The position numbers were made by a program, and so were the translations under genes. Of a stretch of 47,377 nucleotides of DNA, positions 33,943-42,294 are shown piece after piece; position 1 is the first letter of the stretch; each line of letters opens with the position of its first letter. The notes under the pieces are model-generated. The model worked only from the letters and a program-made list of their open reading frames with translations. It was not told where the DNA came from and searched no databases. Source of the stretch: an uncultured Gammaproteobacteria bacterium. GTDB taxonomy: Bacteria; Patescibacteriota; Patescibacteriia; Patescibacteriales; UBA12465. The DNA is taken from the NCBI GenBank assembly GCA_964448505.1, contig CAYUWA010000005.1, positions 2,726-50,102 on the forward strand, written 5' to 3'.

Positions 33943-35577
33943 ATGGCAAGAGCAATTGAAATACTGCTTAAAACAGGAGTTAAGAAGCTAAAAACCAGAG
34001 ATGATTTAGAGGATTTAAAACGGAATATTTGCCGGGAATATAAGCTTAAATCTATTTTGAACTCCGATATATTAAAGGAATATCGGAGACTTTTGGTTTC
34101 TGGCGAAATCAAGAGAATTGAGTCTTTGGAGAAGATTTTGCGTAAGCGTTCGGTTCGGACTATGTCGGGGATTGCGCCGGTTGCTGTTTTGACCAAATCT
34201 TATCCTTGCCCGGGAGAGTGTGCTTATTGTCCTCATGAAAGCGACGTTCCGACCAGTTATTTATCTAATGAACCGGCGGTAATGCGGGCTATCCGCTGTG
34301 GCTATGACCCATATAAGCAAGTAGTTCTTAGATTAAAAGCTTTAGAAAATAATGGCCATGAACCGACTAAAATAGAGTTGATTGTTATTGGCGGTACCTG
34401 GAGTTATTTACCGACCAAATATAAGTATTGGTATATTTTGAACTGCTTTAAAGCGGCTAATGATTTTACTAAGATAAAAAAACTCGTTTTTAAAAGAGCG
34501 GCCGGAGAAGAAAAATTTAAATTAGGATTAAAAGCACCCTATAAGCAGAATCTTAGCTTAAAAGAATTAAAAAAAGAGCTTTTAAAAGAACAAAAAATAA
34601 ACGAACGAGCGCGTTATAATTTAATCGGTGTTACGCTTGAGACCAGGCCTGATTATATAAATAAAAAAGAGCTTTTAGAGATGAGAGATTTAGGCTGTAC
34701 TCGAGTTGAAATCGGCGTGCAGGCGATTGACGATAAAATTTTGGCTTTAAATAAACGAGGCCACGGGGTTTTAGAAATTTCTGAAGCGACCAAACTTTTA
34801 AAAGAATATGGTTTCAAAGTGACCTATCACTTGATGCCGGCTCTTCCTGGGGCGACGCCTAAGAAAGATTTAGAAATGTTCAAACAATTATTTTCCGACG
34901 AAAGATTTCAGCCGGATCAAATAAAATTTTATCCAACAGTCGTAACTAAAGGAAGTTTATTATACAAATGGTACAAAGCCGGAAAATATAAACCGTATTC
35001 TGACCGAGTTTTGCAAGACTTGATTATTAATTGTAAGGCGGCGGTTCCGGAGTATGTTCGGATTATTCGATTAATTAGAGATATTCCCGAAGAATCAATT
35101 ATTGCTGGCAATAAAATTACCAATCTGAGGCAAGTCCTAAAAGATAGAGGCGTCAAGTGTTCATGTATCAGATGCCGGGAGTCTAAAGAAGAAACAAAAA
35201 TTAAAAAATATAAATTAAAAATAATAAAATATTCAGCTTCAATCGGAACAGAGTATTTTATTTCTGCCGAAAGCACTGATGGAAAAATATTATATGCCTT
35301 TTGTCGCTTGCGCCTTGATAGTAATAGCCCAATTTCCGAAGCGATTATCCGCGAGCTGCATGTTTACGGACAGCTTGTTGCCGTTGGCGGTGATAAGAAG
35401 GTTCAGCATAGCGGACTCGGTAAAAAATTATTGGAAGAAGCCGAAAAAATCGCTTCTAAGAATAAGTGTCAAAATATCGCCGTTATTTCCGGAGTTGGCG
35501 TTAGGGGATATTATAAAAAACTTGGGTATAGGACTTATAATTCGTACTTAATTAAAAAATTGAAAGGAAATCTATAA
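33943..35577 (+). CDS. elp3: Elp3-family radical-SAM/GNAT enzyme (tRNA U34 carboxymethylation, Elongator catalytic subunit homologue)
   Basis: RSVRTMSGIAPVAVLTKSYPCPGECAYCP (Cys cluster), SYLSNEPAVMRA, DPYKQV, ELIVIGGTWS, TLETRPDYI, RVEIGVQ. C-terminal GNAT RELHVYG...QHSGLGKKLLEEAEKIA. Confidence 0.9.
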   Translation: MARAIEILLKTGVKKLKTRDDLEDLKRNICREYKLKSILNSDILKEYRRLLVSGEIKRIESLEKILRKRSVRTMSGIAPVAVLTKSYPCPGECAYCPHESDVPTSYLSNEPAVMRAIRCGYDPYKQVVLRLKALENNGHEPTKIELIVIGGTWSYLPTKYKYWYILNCFKAANDFTKIKKLVFKRAAGEEKFKLGLKAPYKQNLSLKELKKELLKEQKINERARYNLIGVTLETRPDYINKKELLEMRDLGCTRVEIGVQAIDDKILALNKRGHGVLEISEATKLLKEYGFKVTYHLMPALPGATPKKDLEMFKQLFSDERFQPDQIKFYPTVVTKGSLLYKWYKAGKYKPYSDRVLQDLIINCKAAVPEYVRIIRLIRDIPEESIIAGNKITNLRQVLKDRGVKCSCIRCRESKEETKIKKYKLKIIKYSASIGTEYFISAESTDGKILYAFCRLRLDSNSPISEAIIRELHVYGQLVAVGGDKKVQHSGLGKKLLEEAEKIASKNKCQNIAVISGVGVRGYYKKLGYRTYNSYLIKKLKGNL

Positions 35578-35584
35578 AATCTGT

Positions 35585-36592
35585 ATGGAAGATAACATAA
35601 AATTTTCCGGGCTTGGTCCGATTTTAAAAAAGTTAGCGCCAAAAGTCGGGGCGAAAATTATAGTTGAGCCAAAATGGGGACTCGTCGGACAAATAAGCTT
35701 TTCTAATGGCGTTAAAAGATATTTTAGGTATTCAAGCCTAGACCTTAATCCGCTTGGTGCTTCGGCAATTTCTAAAGATAAAGATTACGCCAATTTTTTT
35801 ATGAGCAAAATGGGTTACCCGATAATTTCCGGGAAAGCCTTTTGTTCTCCTATTTGGGCCAAAACCATAGGACAAAAACAAAAAGATCAAGAAGCGTATC
35901 AGTATGCCAAAGAAATTGGTTTCCCGCTTATCGCTAAGCCTAATAGCGGTAGTCAGGGAAATGGAGTTTTTCTTGCCAATAATAAAATAGAATTAAAGCG
36001 AGCTCTGAAATATATATTTGATAGAGATAATATTGCGCTTATTCAAAAATTTATTTCCGGAAACGATTATCGCATCGTCGTCTTGGACAATAAAATAATT
36101 TCCGCCTATCAAAGAATCCCGTTTTGTATTATCGGTAATTCTAAGGATACAATTGATAAATTAATTAAAAATAAATTAAAAAACCTAGCGAGTTTAAATC
36201 GTCCGGTTAATGTTAAAGTAGACGATTTAAGAGTAATCCAAAATCTAAAAAGACAAAAATTGAATTTAAAATCAGTTTTGAAAAAAGACAAAAAAATATA
36301 TCTTTTAAATAACGCTAATCTTTCTTCGGGCGGAGAGGCAATTGAGGTAACGAAAAAGATCCATCCGGACTTTAAGAAATTAGCGATTAAGCTCACCAAA
36401 GATATGGGGCTTCGTCTTTGCGGCGTAGATTTGATAGTTCAGGGGGAAATTAGTTTGCCGGCTAAGAAATATCAAGTTATAGAAATTAATGCGGCACCGG
36501 GACTAGACCACTATATTAAACTGGGACGCGCACAAGAAAAAATCGTAGAGAGGATGTATTTAGAGGTTTTAAAAGCGATGAAAAGAGCTTAA
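35585..36592 (+). CDS. Stand-alone ATP-grasp ligase resembling the cyanophycin-synthetase ATP-grasp domain (RimK-like superfamily)
   Basis: GFPLIAKPNSGSQGNGV, IQKFISGNDYRIVVLDNKIISAYQR, NLSSGGEAIEVTKKIHPDFKKLAIKLTKDMGLRLCGVDLIV, VIEINAAPGL. Starts 7 nt after the Elp3 stop. Confidence 0.85.
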   Translation: MEDNIKFSGLGPILKKLAPKVGAKIIVEPKWGLVGQISFSNGVKRYFRYSSLDLNPLGASAISKDKDYANFFMSKMGYPIISGKAFCSPIWAKTIGQKQKDQEAYQYAKEIGFPLIAKPNSGSQGNGVFLANNKIELKRALKYIFDRDNIALIQKFISGNDYRIVVLDNKIISAYQRIPFCIIGNSKDTIDKLIKNKLKNLASLNRPVNVKVDDLRVIQNLKRQKLNLKSVLKKDKKIYLLNNANLSSGGEAIEVTKKIHPDFKKLAIKLTKDMGLRLCGVDLIVQGEISLPAKKYQVIEINAAPGLDHYIKLGRAQEKIVERMYLEVLKAMKRA

Positions 36593-36730
36593 AAAATCGG
36601 AATTTGTTAAATTTTAATAAGTATGTAATAATTATTTTATGTTGATTACTAAAAACATTACAACTTGGTCGGGGTTTGTTTTAACCAGTTCAGTTTGTTG
36701 ACCCGGAGAACTTTTTGATTTTTCTTAAAG

Positions 36731-36752
36731 CGTCTCTCTGGGACGTTTTTTT
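36731..36752 (+). terminator. Terminator downstream of the Elp3/ATP-grasp operon
   Basis: cgtctc / gggacg stem followed by T7. Confidence 0.55.
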
Positions 36753-36809
36753 ATTTAATTTATAGGATTTATGGACCGTTATTTCGTCGGATAAGGTAAA
36801 AAATTGTTT

Positions 36810-36838
36810 TTGACAAAGTAGCGTCTTTAAACTAAGAT
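36810..36838 (+). promoter_or_regulatory. Promoter for glyA-folD
   Basis: TTGACA (36810-36815), 17-nt spacer, TAAGAT (36833-36838). Confidence 0.5.
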
Positions 36839-36868
36839 TAAGATAAGAAAATTAACTTAATTCGCCAT

Positions 36869-38131
36869 TTGGCAAAGACAAAATATATGATATATGATCA
36901 TTTAGAAAATCAAGATCCCACTGTTTTTGAGATTATTAAAAGGGAAGAAGAGAGGCAAAATGAGGAACTAGAGCTTATTGCCTCGGAAAACTATGTTTCA
37001 CCGGCTGTTTTAGAGGCGATGGCAACGGTTTTGACTAATAAATATAGCGAGGGTTATTCCGGACATCGGTATTACGGAGGAAATTATATTATTGACGATA
37101 TTGAGGACTTGGCGATTGAAAGAGTTAAAAAATTATTTGATGCCGAACATGTTAATGTCCAACCTTTATCCGGCTCTCCGGCAAATGCCGCTGTCTATAT
37201 GGCTTTTTTAAATCCGGGAGATAAGGTTTTAGGTTTAAGGTTAGATCATGGTGGACATTTATCACATGGGCATAAAGTTAATTTTTCCGGACGCTTATAT
37301 AATTTTGTTCAATATGGTGCCAATTTAGAAACGGGAATAATTGATATGGACGAGGTTCGGGAAATTGCCTTGCGTGAAAAACCGAAGATGATTGTCGCCG
37401 GGTTTAGCGCTTATTCAAGAGAAATTGATTGGCAAAAATTTAAAGATATTGCTGACGAGGTTGGCGCCTATACTTTTGCCGATATCGCTCATATTGCCGG
37501 ATTAATCGCCGGAAAACAATTAAAAAACCCCGTTCCAATTTTTGACGTTGTTTCAACAACGACGCATAAAACGTTAAGAGGTCCAAGAGGGGCGATTATA
37601 ATGTGTAAAGAAAAATTTGCCAAACAAATAAATACGGCCGTTTTCCCAGGCATGCAAGGCGGACCGCATGATCATATTACCGCCGCTAAAGCCGTCGCTT
37701 TCGGAGAAGCGTTAAAGCCAGAGTTTATTGAATATTCGCGCCAAATAATTAGCAACGCGAAAACGATGGCTGAGGAATTTATAAAGCTCGGGTATAAAAT
37801 AGTTTCCGGTGGAACGGATAATCATTTAATGGTTGTTGACTTAAGCAGTAAAGGATTAGCCGGAAAAGAAGCGGAAACGACTTGGGAAAAAATTGGTATT
37901 TCTGTATCTCGCTCAACAATCCCGAACGACCCTAATCCGCCGATGAACCCGTCTGGAGTTAGATTAGGAACCCCTGCTATTACGACTAGAGGAATGAAAG
38001 AGGCAGAAATGAAACTGATTGTTGCTTTGATGGATGACGCTTTAATAAACAGAGAAGACGAAAATAAATTAGCAGTGATTAAAGATAAAATAAAAAAGTT
38101 GTGTTTCGAATTCCCGATTCCGACCAAATAA
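36869..38131 (+). CDS. glyA: Serine hydroxymethyltransferase
   Basis: ELIASENY, YSEGYSGHRYYGG, PLP-lysine region TTTHKTLRGPRG. The track start at 36869 is TTG; the ATG at 36887 is an equally plausible start. Confidence 0.95.
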   Translation: MAKTKYMIYDHLENQDPTVFEIIKREEERQNEELELIASENYVSPAVLEAMATVLTNKYSEGYSGHRYYGGNYIIDDIEDLAIERVKKLFDAEHVNVQPLSGSPANAAVYMAFLNPGDKVLGLRLDHGGHLSHGHKVNFSGRLYNFVQYGANLETGIIDMDEVREIALREKPKMIVAGFSAYSREIDWQKFKDIADEVGAYTFADIAHIAGLIAGKQLKNPVPIFDVVSTTTHKTLRGPRGAIIMCKEKFAKQINTAVFPGMQGGPHDHITAAKAVAFGEALKPEFIEYSRQIISNAKTMAEEFIKLGYKIVSGGTDNHLMVVDLSSKGLAGKEAETTWEKIGISVSRSTIPNDPNPPMNPSGVRLGTPAITTRGMKEAEMKLIVALMDDALINREDENKLAVIKDKIKKLCFEFPIPTK

Positions 38132-38139
38132 TATAAATT

Positions 38140-38937
38140 ATGTATAAAGAGATAGACGGAAAAAAAATCGCCGAAAATATTAAGGATAAGATTGCGGCAG
38201 AGATTTTTAGTTTTGACGAACTAAGACCGAACTTAGCGATTATTTTAGTCGGTGAAAGAGAAGATTCAAAAATTTATGTTTCCTTAAAAGAGAGCGAAGG
38301 AAAAAAAGTTGGCATTGATACCCATATTTATAGGTTAGAGGAAGAAACTTCCGAAAGAGATCTTTTAGATATTATAGATTTTTTAAATAGGGATTTATTA
38401 ATTGATGGAATTCTGGTTCAACTGCCTTTGCCAAAACATATCAATACTGACAAAATTATTTTAACGCTTGATCCGAAGAAAGACGTTGACGGATTTCATC
38501 CCGATCATCCGGATTTTATTCAATCTCCGGTCATCGGTTCAATTGGCGCTTGTTTAGAAGATATAAAATTTGATGCAAAAAATAAAACCGCTTGTGTTTT
38601 ATATAATTCAGAAGTGTTTGGTGGCGGAGTCAAGGAATCTCTTGAAAAAGCCGGACTAAAAATAATTACTAAATCCGAAGAAGCAGACTTACTCGTAACC
38701 GCGCTTGGCGAACCGCATAAAATAAAAAAAGAAAATATAAAAGAAGGAGCGGTAATTATTGATATCGGAATAACCAAAGTCGGAGAACAAATTTTAGGCG
38801 ATGTTGATTTTGAAAGTGTTAAAGATAAAGCAGAATATTTAACGCCAGTCCCCGGAGGTATCGGTCCTATGACTATTGCTTTTTTGTTTAAGAATGTTTT
38901 AGAGATATTTAAAAGACATTATAATTTGGGTAAATAA
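38140..38937 (+). CDS. folD: Bifunctional methylenetetrahydrofolate dehydrogenase/cyclohydrolase
   Basis: ILVGEREDSKIYV, GILVQLPLP, DVDGFHP, PVPGGIGPMTIA. Confidence 0.95.
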   Translation: MYKEIDGKKIAENIKDKIAAEIFSFDELRPNLAIILVGEREDSKIYVSLKESEGKKVGIDTHIYRLEEETSERDLLDIIDFLNRDLLIDGILVQLPLPKHINTDKIILTLDPKKDVDGFHPDHPDFIQSPVIGSIGACLEDIKFDAKNKTACVLYNSEVFGGGVKESLEKAGLKIITKSEEADLLVTALGEPHKIKKENIKEGAVIIDIGITKVGEQILGDVDFESVKDKAEYLTPVPGGIGPMTIAFLFKNVLEIFKRHYNLGK

Positions 38938-38981
38938 AAAACCATTTCTGAAAGAAATGGCTCGTACAATTTTTGTACGGT

Positions 38982-39095
38982 TTATTTGGAGAACAATTTT
39001 TTTCTGTTTCTCCAAACGTAAATAGCAAGAGCTATTAAAAATAAGCTCATTGCTATCATAATGACGATACTAAGATCGTCAATAGGTTTTTCCAT
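38982..39095 (-). CDS. Possible 37-aa single-TM peptide (hand-translated)
   Basis: MEKPIDDLSIVIMIAMSLFLIALAIYVWRNRKKIVLQI. No clear Shine-Dalgarno sequence. Its 3' end overlaps a 9-bp hairpin (tttggagaa/ttctccaaa). Confidence 0.25.
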   Translation of the reverse strand: MEKPIDDLSIVIMIAMSLFLIALAIYVWRNRKKLFSK

Positions 39096-39148
39096 GGTAA
39101 TCAATTTTAAGGTTCTGCTTACTATATCATATATAATCTATTCTGTCA

Positions 39149-40927
39149 ATGGTTAAGAAAAAACAACAATTAATTGAGCTTTTAAAGATTCATTTCGGTT
39201 ATGAATCTTTTTTGCCTGGGCAGGAGCTAGCGATTGATAATATTCTACAAGGCAAAGATACGCTTGTCGTTTTGCCGACGGGAGGAGGTAAATCCCTTAT
39301 CTTCCAATTACCCGCCTTAATTCAAGAGGGGATAACGATTGTTATTTCTCCGCTTATCGCTTTAATGAAGGACCAAGTTGATTCTTTAGAACGAGTTGGT
39401 ATTCCGGCGACTTTTATTAATTCTTCAATCAGTCCCGACGAGACCAGTAATCGTTTAGAGAAATTAAAATCCGGATTTTATAAGATTGTTTATATCGCCC
39501 CGGAGCGTTTTTATAATACCGTTTTTTTAAACGAACTTAACAAAATAAAAGTATCATTGTTTGCGATTGACGAAGCGCATTGCGTTAGCCAATGGGGGCA
39601 TGATTTCCGGCCGAGCTATTTAAGACTTAAAGAAGCAATAAAATTTGTCGGCAATCCGCCCGTTGTTGCTTTAACCGCAACGGCCACGCCGGAAGTAAGA
39701 GAGGATATAATCAAACAATTAAATCTGCATGATCCGGAAACAATTATTACCGGTTTTGCCAGACCGAACTTACAGTTAGCGGTTATCCCTTCCGCTAACG
39801 GTCAAAAGATAGAAAATATTCTAAATTTTTTAGTTACCAATCCGGAAATCGGTTCCGGTATAGTTTATGTCGGGACGAGGGCAAAGGCGGACGAACTCGC
39901 CGAGGTATTAATGGATAACGATATTAAAACCGTTGTTTATCATGCCGGGATGGACTCAAATAGCCGCGATTGGGTCCAGGAAAAATTTATGAAAGGTGAA
40001 GCACAAGTTGTTGTCGCGACTAACGCTTTTGGTTTAGGTATTAATAAAAAAAATATTCGTTTCGTTATTCATCACGACTTGCCGGGGACAGTTGAGGCTT
40101 ATTACCAAGAAGCCGGACGTGCCGGAAGAGACGGGGCACCTAGTTTTTGCCTATTATTTTATCATGCCCAAGACAGATATTTAAGAGAATTTTTTATTAA
40201 AGGAGACAATCCTGACCCAAAACTGATAATTGAGATTTATGATTTTTTAGTAACTCAGGCTAGTTTAGAAATTGACCCGGAAGCCTCTATTTTAATTACC
40301 TATGCGGAAATTGCTAAAAATTTAAGCGAAAATGTGCCGGAAATGGCGATAGGCACCGCTTTAAAAATTCTAGAGAAAGAGGGCTATATTTCTCGGCCAA
40401 ACGAGAAAACGTCCAACTCCTATTTAAAAACCAAGAAAAACCCGGAAGAGATAAGCGCCGCCCTTGGTAAAAGAGCAAAAAGCCAAATAGAAATTTTTAA
40501 TCTCCTGGTTGAAAAATACCATCGGGAGTTAGAAGCCGGTTGGGATTTTAATCCGGAAGAAGTTGCGATAGTTTTAAAAGTGAAGAAAGACGCATTACTT
40601 CGCGCGATAAAGAAATTAGCGGAAAAAGATTTAGTTGAGTATAAACCGCCGTTTAGAGGAACGGAAATAAAATTACTAAAAATTGTCGAGGCGGAAAGTT
40701 TAAAACTTGATTTTAAAGCGCTCAAAGAAAAAATGGCGCGGGCTTATGAGAAACTTGATGAGATGGAAAATTATGTCTATAGTCTAGAATGCCGTCAGAA
40801 ATATATCTTAAATTATTTTGGCGATTCTAGGAGTGCAGAGTGCGGCAAATGTGATAATTGTTTAAGAACCAATCGAATTAATAAAAACAGCAAAGACGAT
40901 TATCGGAAGCGCGAGTATTTATCCTAA
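39149..40927 (+). CDS. recQ: ATP-dependent DNA helicase RecQ (no obvious HRDC domain)
   Basis: [50 protein letters not shown], and a Zn-binding CxxxxxxxxxxCGKCDNC region. Confidence 0.9.
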   Translation: MVKKKQQLIELLKIHFGYESFLPGQELAIDNILQGKDTLVVLPTGGGKSLIFQLPALIQEGITIVISPLIALMKDQVDSLERVGIPATFINSSISPDETSNRLEKLKSGFYKIVYIAPERFYNTVFLNELNKIKVSLFAIDEAHCVSQWGHDFRPSYLRLKEAIKFVGNPPVVALTATATPEVREDIIKQLNLHDPETIITGFARPNLQLAVIPSANGQKIENILNFLVTNPEIGSGIVYVGTRAKADELAEVLMDNDIKTVVYHAGMDSNSRDWVQEKFMKGEAQVVVATNAFGLGINKKNIRFVIHHDLPGTVEAYYQEAGRAGRDGAPSFCLLFYHAQDRYLREFFIKGDNPDPKLIIEIYDFLVTQASLEIDPEASILITYAEIAKNLSENVPEMAIGTALKILEKEGYISRPNEKTSNSYLKTKKNPEEISAALGKRAKSQIEIFNLLVEKYHRELEAGWDFNPEEVAIVLKVKKDALLRAIKKLAEKDLVEYKPPFRGTEIKLLKIVEAESLKLDFKALKEKMARAYEKLDEMENYVYSLECRQKYILNYFGDSRSAECGKCDNCLRTNRINKNSKDDYRKREYLS

Positions 40928-40930
40928 ATT

Positions 40931-41623
40931 ATGAAAGTAAATTTTCAGAAAGAACTATTAGAAATTGTTAAACGGAATTATGAAGAAATTTCCGAGAGTT
41001 TTAATTTAACGAGGCGCAAAGAAATTTGGCCGGAAATAAAAATTCTAGCGGAAGGAATAAAAGAGGGCGATAAGATTTTGGACTTAGGCTGCGGAAACGG
41101 ACGGTTAGTCGAGGCCTTAAAAGATAAAACACTAGAATATTTAGGAATTGATGCCAGCTCCGAATTAATTTCCAAAGCGAAACTAAATTATCCGGGCTAT
41201 AGTTTTTTAGTTCAAGATATTATTGACTTAAAATTCAATAATGATAAAAAATATAATTATATTTTTTGTTTAGCGGTTTTACAGCATATTCCGGGAACGG
41301 ACTTAAGAATTAGCGTTCTTAAAAGGATGAAAGAGTTATTACTCCCGGGAGGAAAAATCATCGTCAGTAATTGGAATCTTTGGCGGAGTAAAAAACACCG
41401 CATTCTTTTAATTAGAAATTTTTTAACAAAACTTCTGGGGAAAAACGAACTTGATTTCGGTGATATTATCTTTCCTTGGAAAAACTCGCAGGGAGAAGAA
41501 GTAAGTACAAGATATTACCATGGTTTTACCGCCGGGGAATTAAGGAGCCTTTCTAAAAGGGCAGGTTTTAAAATAGAAAAGTTATATAAAGATAATTACA
41601 ATTATTGGCTAATATTAAAGTAA
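40931..41623 (+). CDS. Trm9/ALKBH8-like class I SAM-dependent methyltransferase (candidate tRNA cm5U34 to mcm5U34 methyltransferase)
   Basis: YEEISESFNLTRRKEIWPEI resembles Trm9 Y-EIA-HFS-TR---WP. ILDLGCGNGR is the SAM motif I. CLAVLQHIP...LLPGGKIIVSNWNLW, IIFPW, and RYYHGFTAGELRSL...NYWLILK resemble RYYH-F-EGEL...NW-V---K. Starts 3 nt after the recQ stop. Confidence 0.75.
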   Translation: MKVNFQKELLEIVKRNYEEISESFNLTRRKEIWPEIKILAEGIKEGDKILDLGCGNGRLVEALKDKTLEYLGIDASSELISKAKLNYPGYSFLVQDIIDLKFNNDKKYNYIFCLAVLQHIPGTDLRISVLKRMKELLLPGGKIIVSNWNLWRSKKHRILLIRNFLTKLLGKNELDFGDIIFPWKNSQGEEVSTRYYHGFTAGELRSLSKRAGFKIEKLYKDNYNYWLILK

Positions 41624-41657
41624 AGTAGTATTTTTAGGGGTTATTTTTTTTAGTCTA

Positions 41658-41687
41658 TTGACACCCCCTGGGGGTATATGATAAAAT
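41658..41687 (+). promoter_or_regulatory. Promoter with an embedded palindromic operator (CsoR-family type)
   Basis: TTGACA (41658-41663), 18-nt spacer, TAAAAT (41682-41687). The spacer is filled by the perfect palindrome ACCCCC-T-GGGGGT (41663-41675). Confidence 0.6.
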
Positions 41688-41693
41688 AAACTC

Positions 41694-41939
41694 ATGAAAA
41701 CAAATGAACAAAGAATAAATAATATTATCGGTCAGTTAGAGGGGATTAAAAGAATGTTATCTACGGAGAAACGCGATTGTTTTTCACTTATTACTCAGCT
41801 TAAAGCGACTAAGTCTGCCCTTGGCTCGCTAATGGAGAAAGTAATTAGCGACGAGTTCGATCATTGTTTCTTAAACGATAAAACAAGCGGTAAAGAAAAA
41901 ATGGAAAAAATATTTTCCGAGATTATAAAAAATAATTAA
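41694..41939 (+). CDS. CsoR/RcnR/FrmR-family (DUF156) metal- or thiol-sensing transcriptional repressor
   Basis: RINNIIGQLEGIKRML...RDCFSLITQLKATKSALGSLMEKVISDEFDHCF, with typical helix-bundle length and conserved Cys positions. Confidence 0.85.
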   Translation: MKTNEQRINNIIGQLEGIKRMLSTEKRDCFSLITQLKATKSALGSLMEKVISDEFDHCFLNDKTSGKEKMEKIFSEIIKNN

Positions 41940-41957
41940 AAATTAAAAATAAAATTT

Positions 41958-42290
41958 ATGTCTAACGCTTTAGAAGTAAACAAAGATAGTTTTAAAAATG
42001 AAGTTCTAGAAAGTCCGGTTCCAGTTTTGGTTGATTTTTGGGCACCTTGGTGTATGCCTTGTAAAATGATGGCGCCGATTTTAGATGAACTTTCCGGTGA
42101 GTTAGCAGGAAAAGTAAAAATCGTTAAAGTAAATACGGAAGACGGTACCAATCAAGACTTAGCGATTGAATATCAAATTCAAAGCATTCCTAATATGAAG
42201 CTTTTTAAGGGCGGTAATATTATTGGTGAATTTATTGGTTTAAGAAACAAGGAAATATTAAAAGGAGAAATTGAGGACTTAATTAAATAA
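41958..42290 (+). CDS. trxA: Thioredoxin (active site WCMPC)
   Basis: VLVDFWAPWCMPCKMMAPILDE...KVNTE...IQSIPNMKLFKGG. Confidence 0.9.
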   Translation: MSNALEVNKDSFKNEVLESPVPVLVDFWAPWCMPCKMMAPILDELSGELAGKVKIVKVNTEDGTNQDLAIEYQIQSIPNMKLFKGGNIIGEFIGLRNKEILKGEIEDLIK

Positions 42291-42294
42291 TAAT

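Noticed and set aside
33909-34196. 95-aa minus-strand ORF overlapping the Elp3 start
   Set aside because: It is antisense to the well-supported Elp3 N-terminus and has no independent signals.
36593-36868. Riboswitch (ZTP/pfl, THF or glycine) upstream of glyA-folD
   Set aside because: This is the expected place for one-carbon riboswitches. However, the conserved cores I know for ZTP/pfl (ACUGGCG ... CCGCCUGGGC) and THF-type elements are not present. The glyA promoter (36810-36838) lies only about 30 nt before the start codon, leaving no room for an aptamer in the leader. A cmscan run would settle it.
38941-39148. Three consecutive hairpins after folD as a possible structured RNA
   Set aside because: They are adequately explained as terminators for folD (38942-38960, 38963-38979) and for the putative convergent minus-strand micro-ORF (38985-39013). 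I saw no conserved motif.
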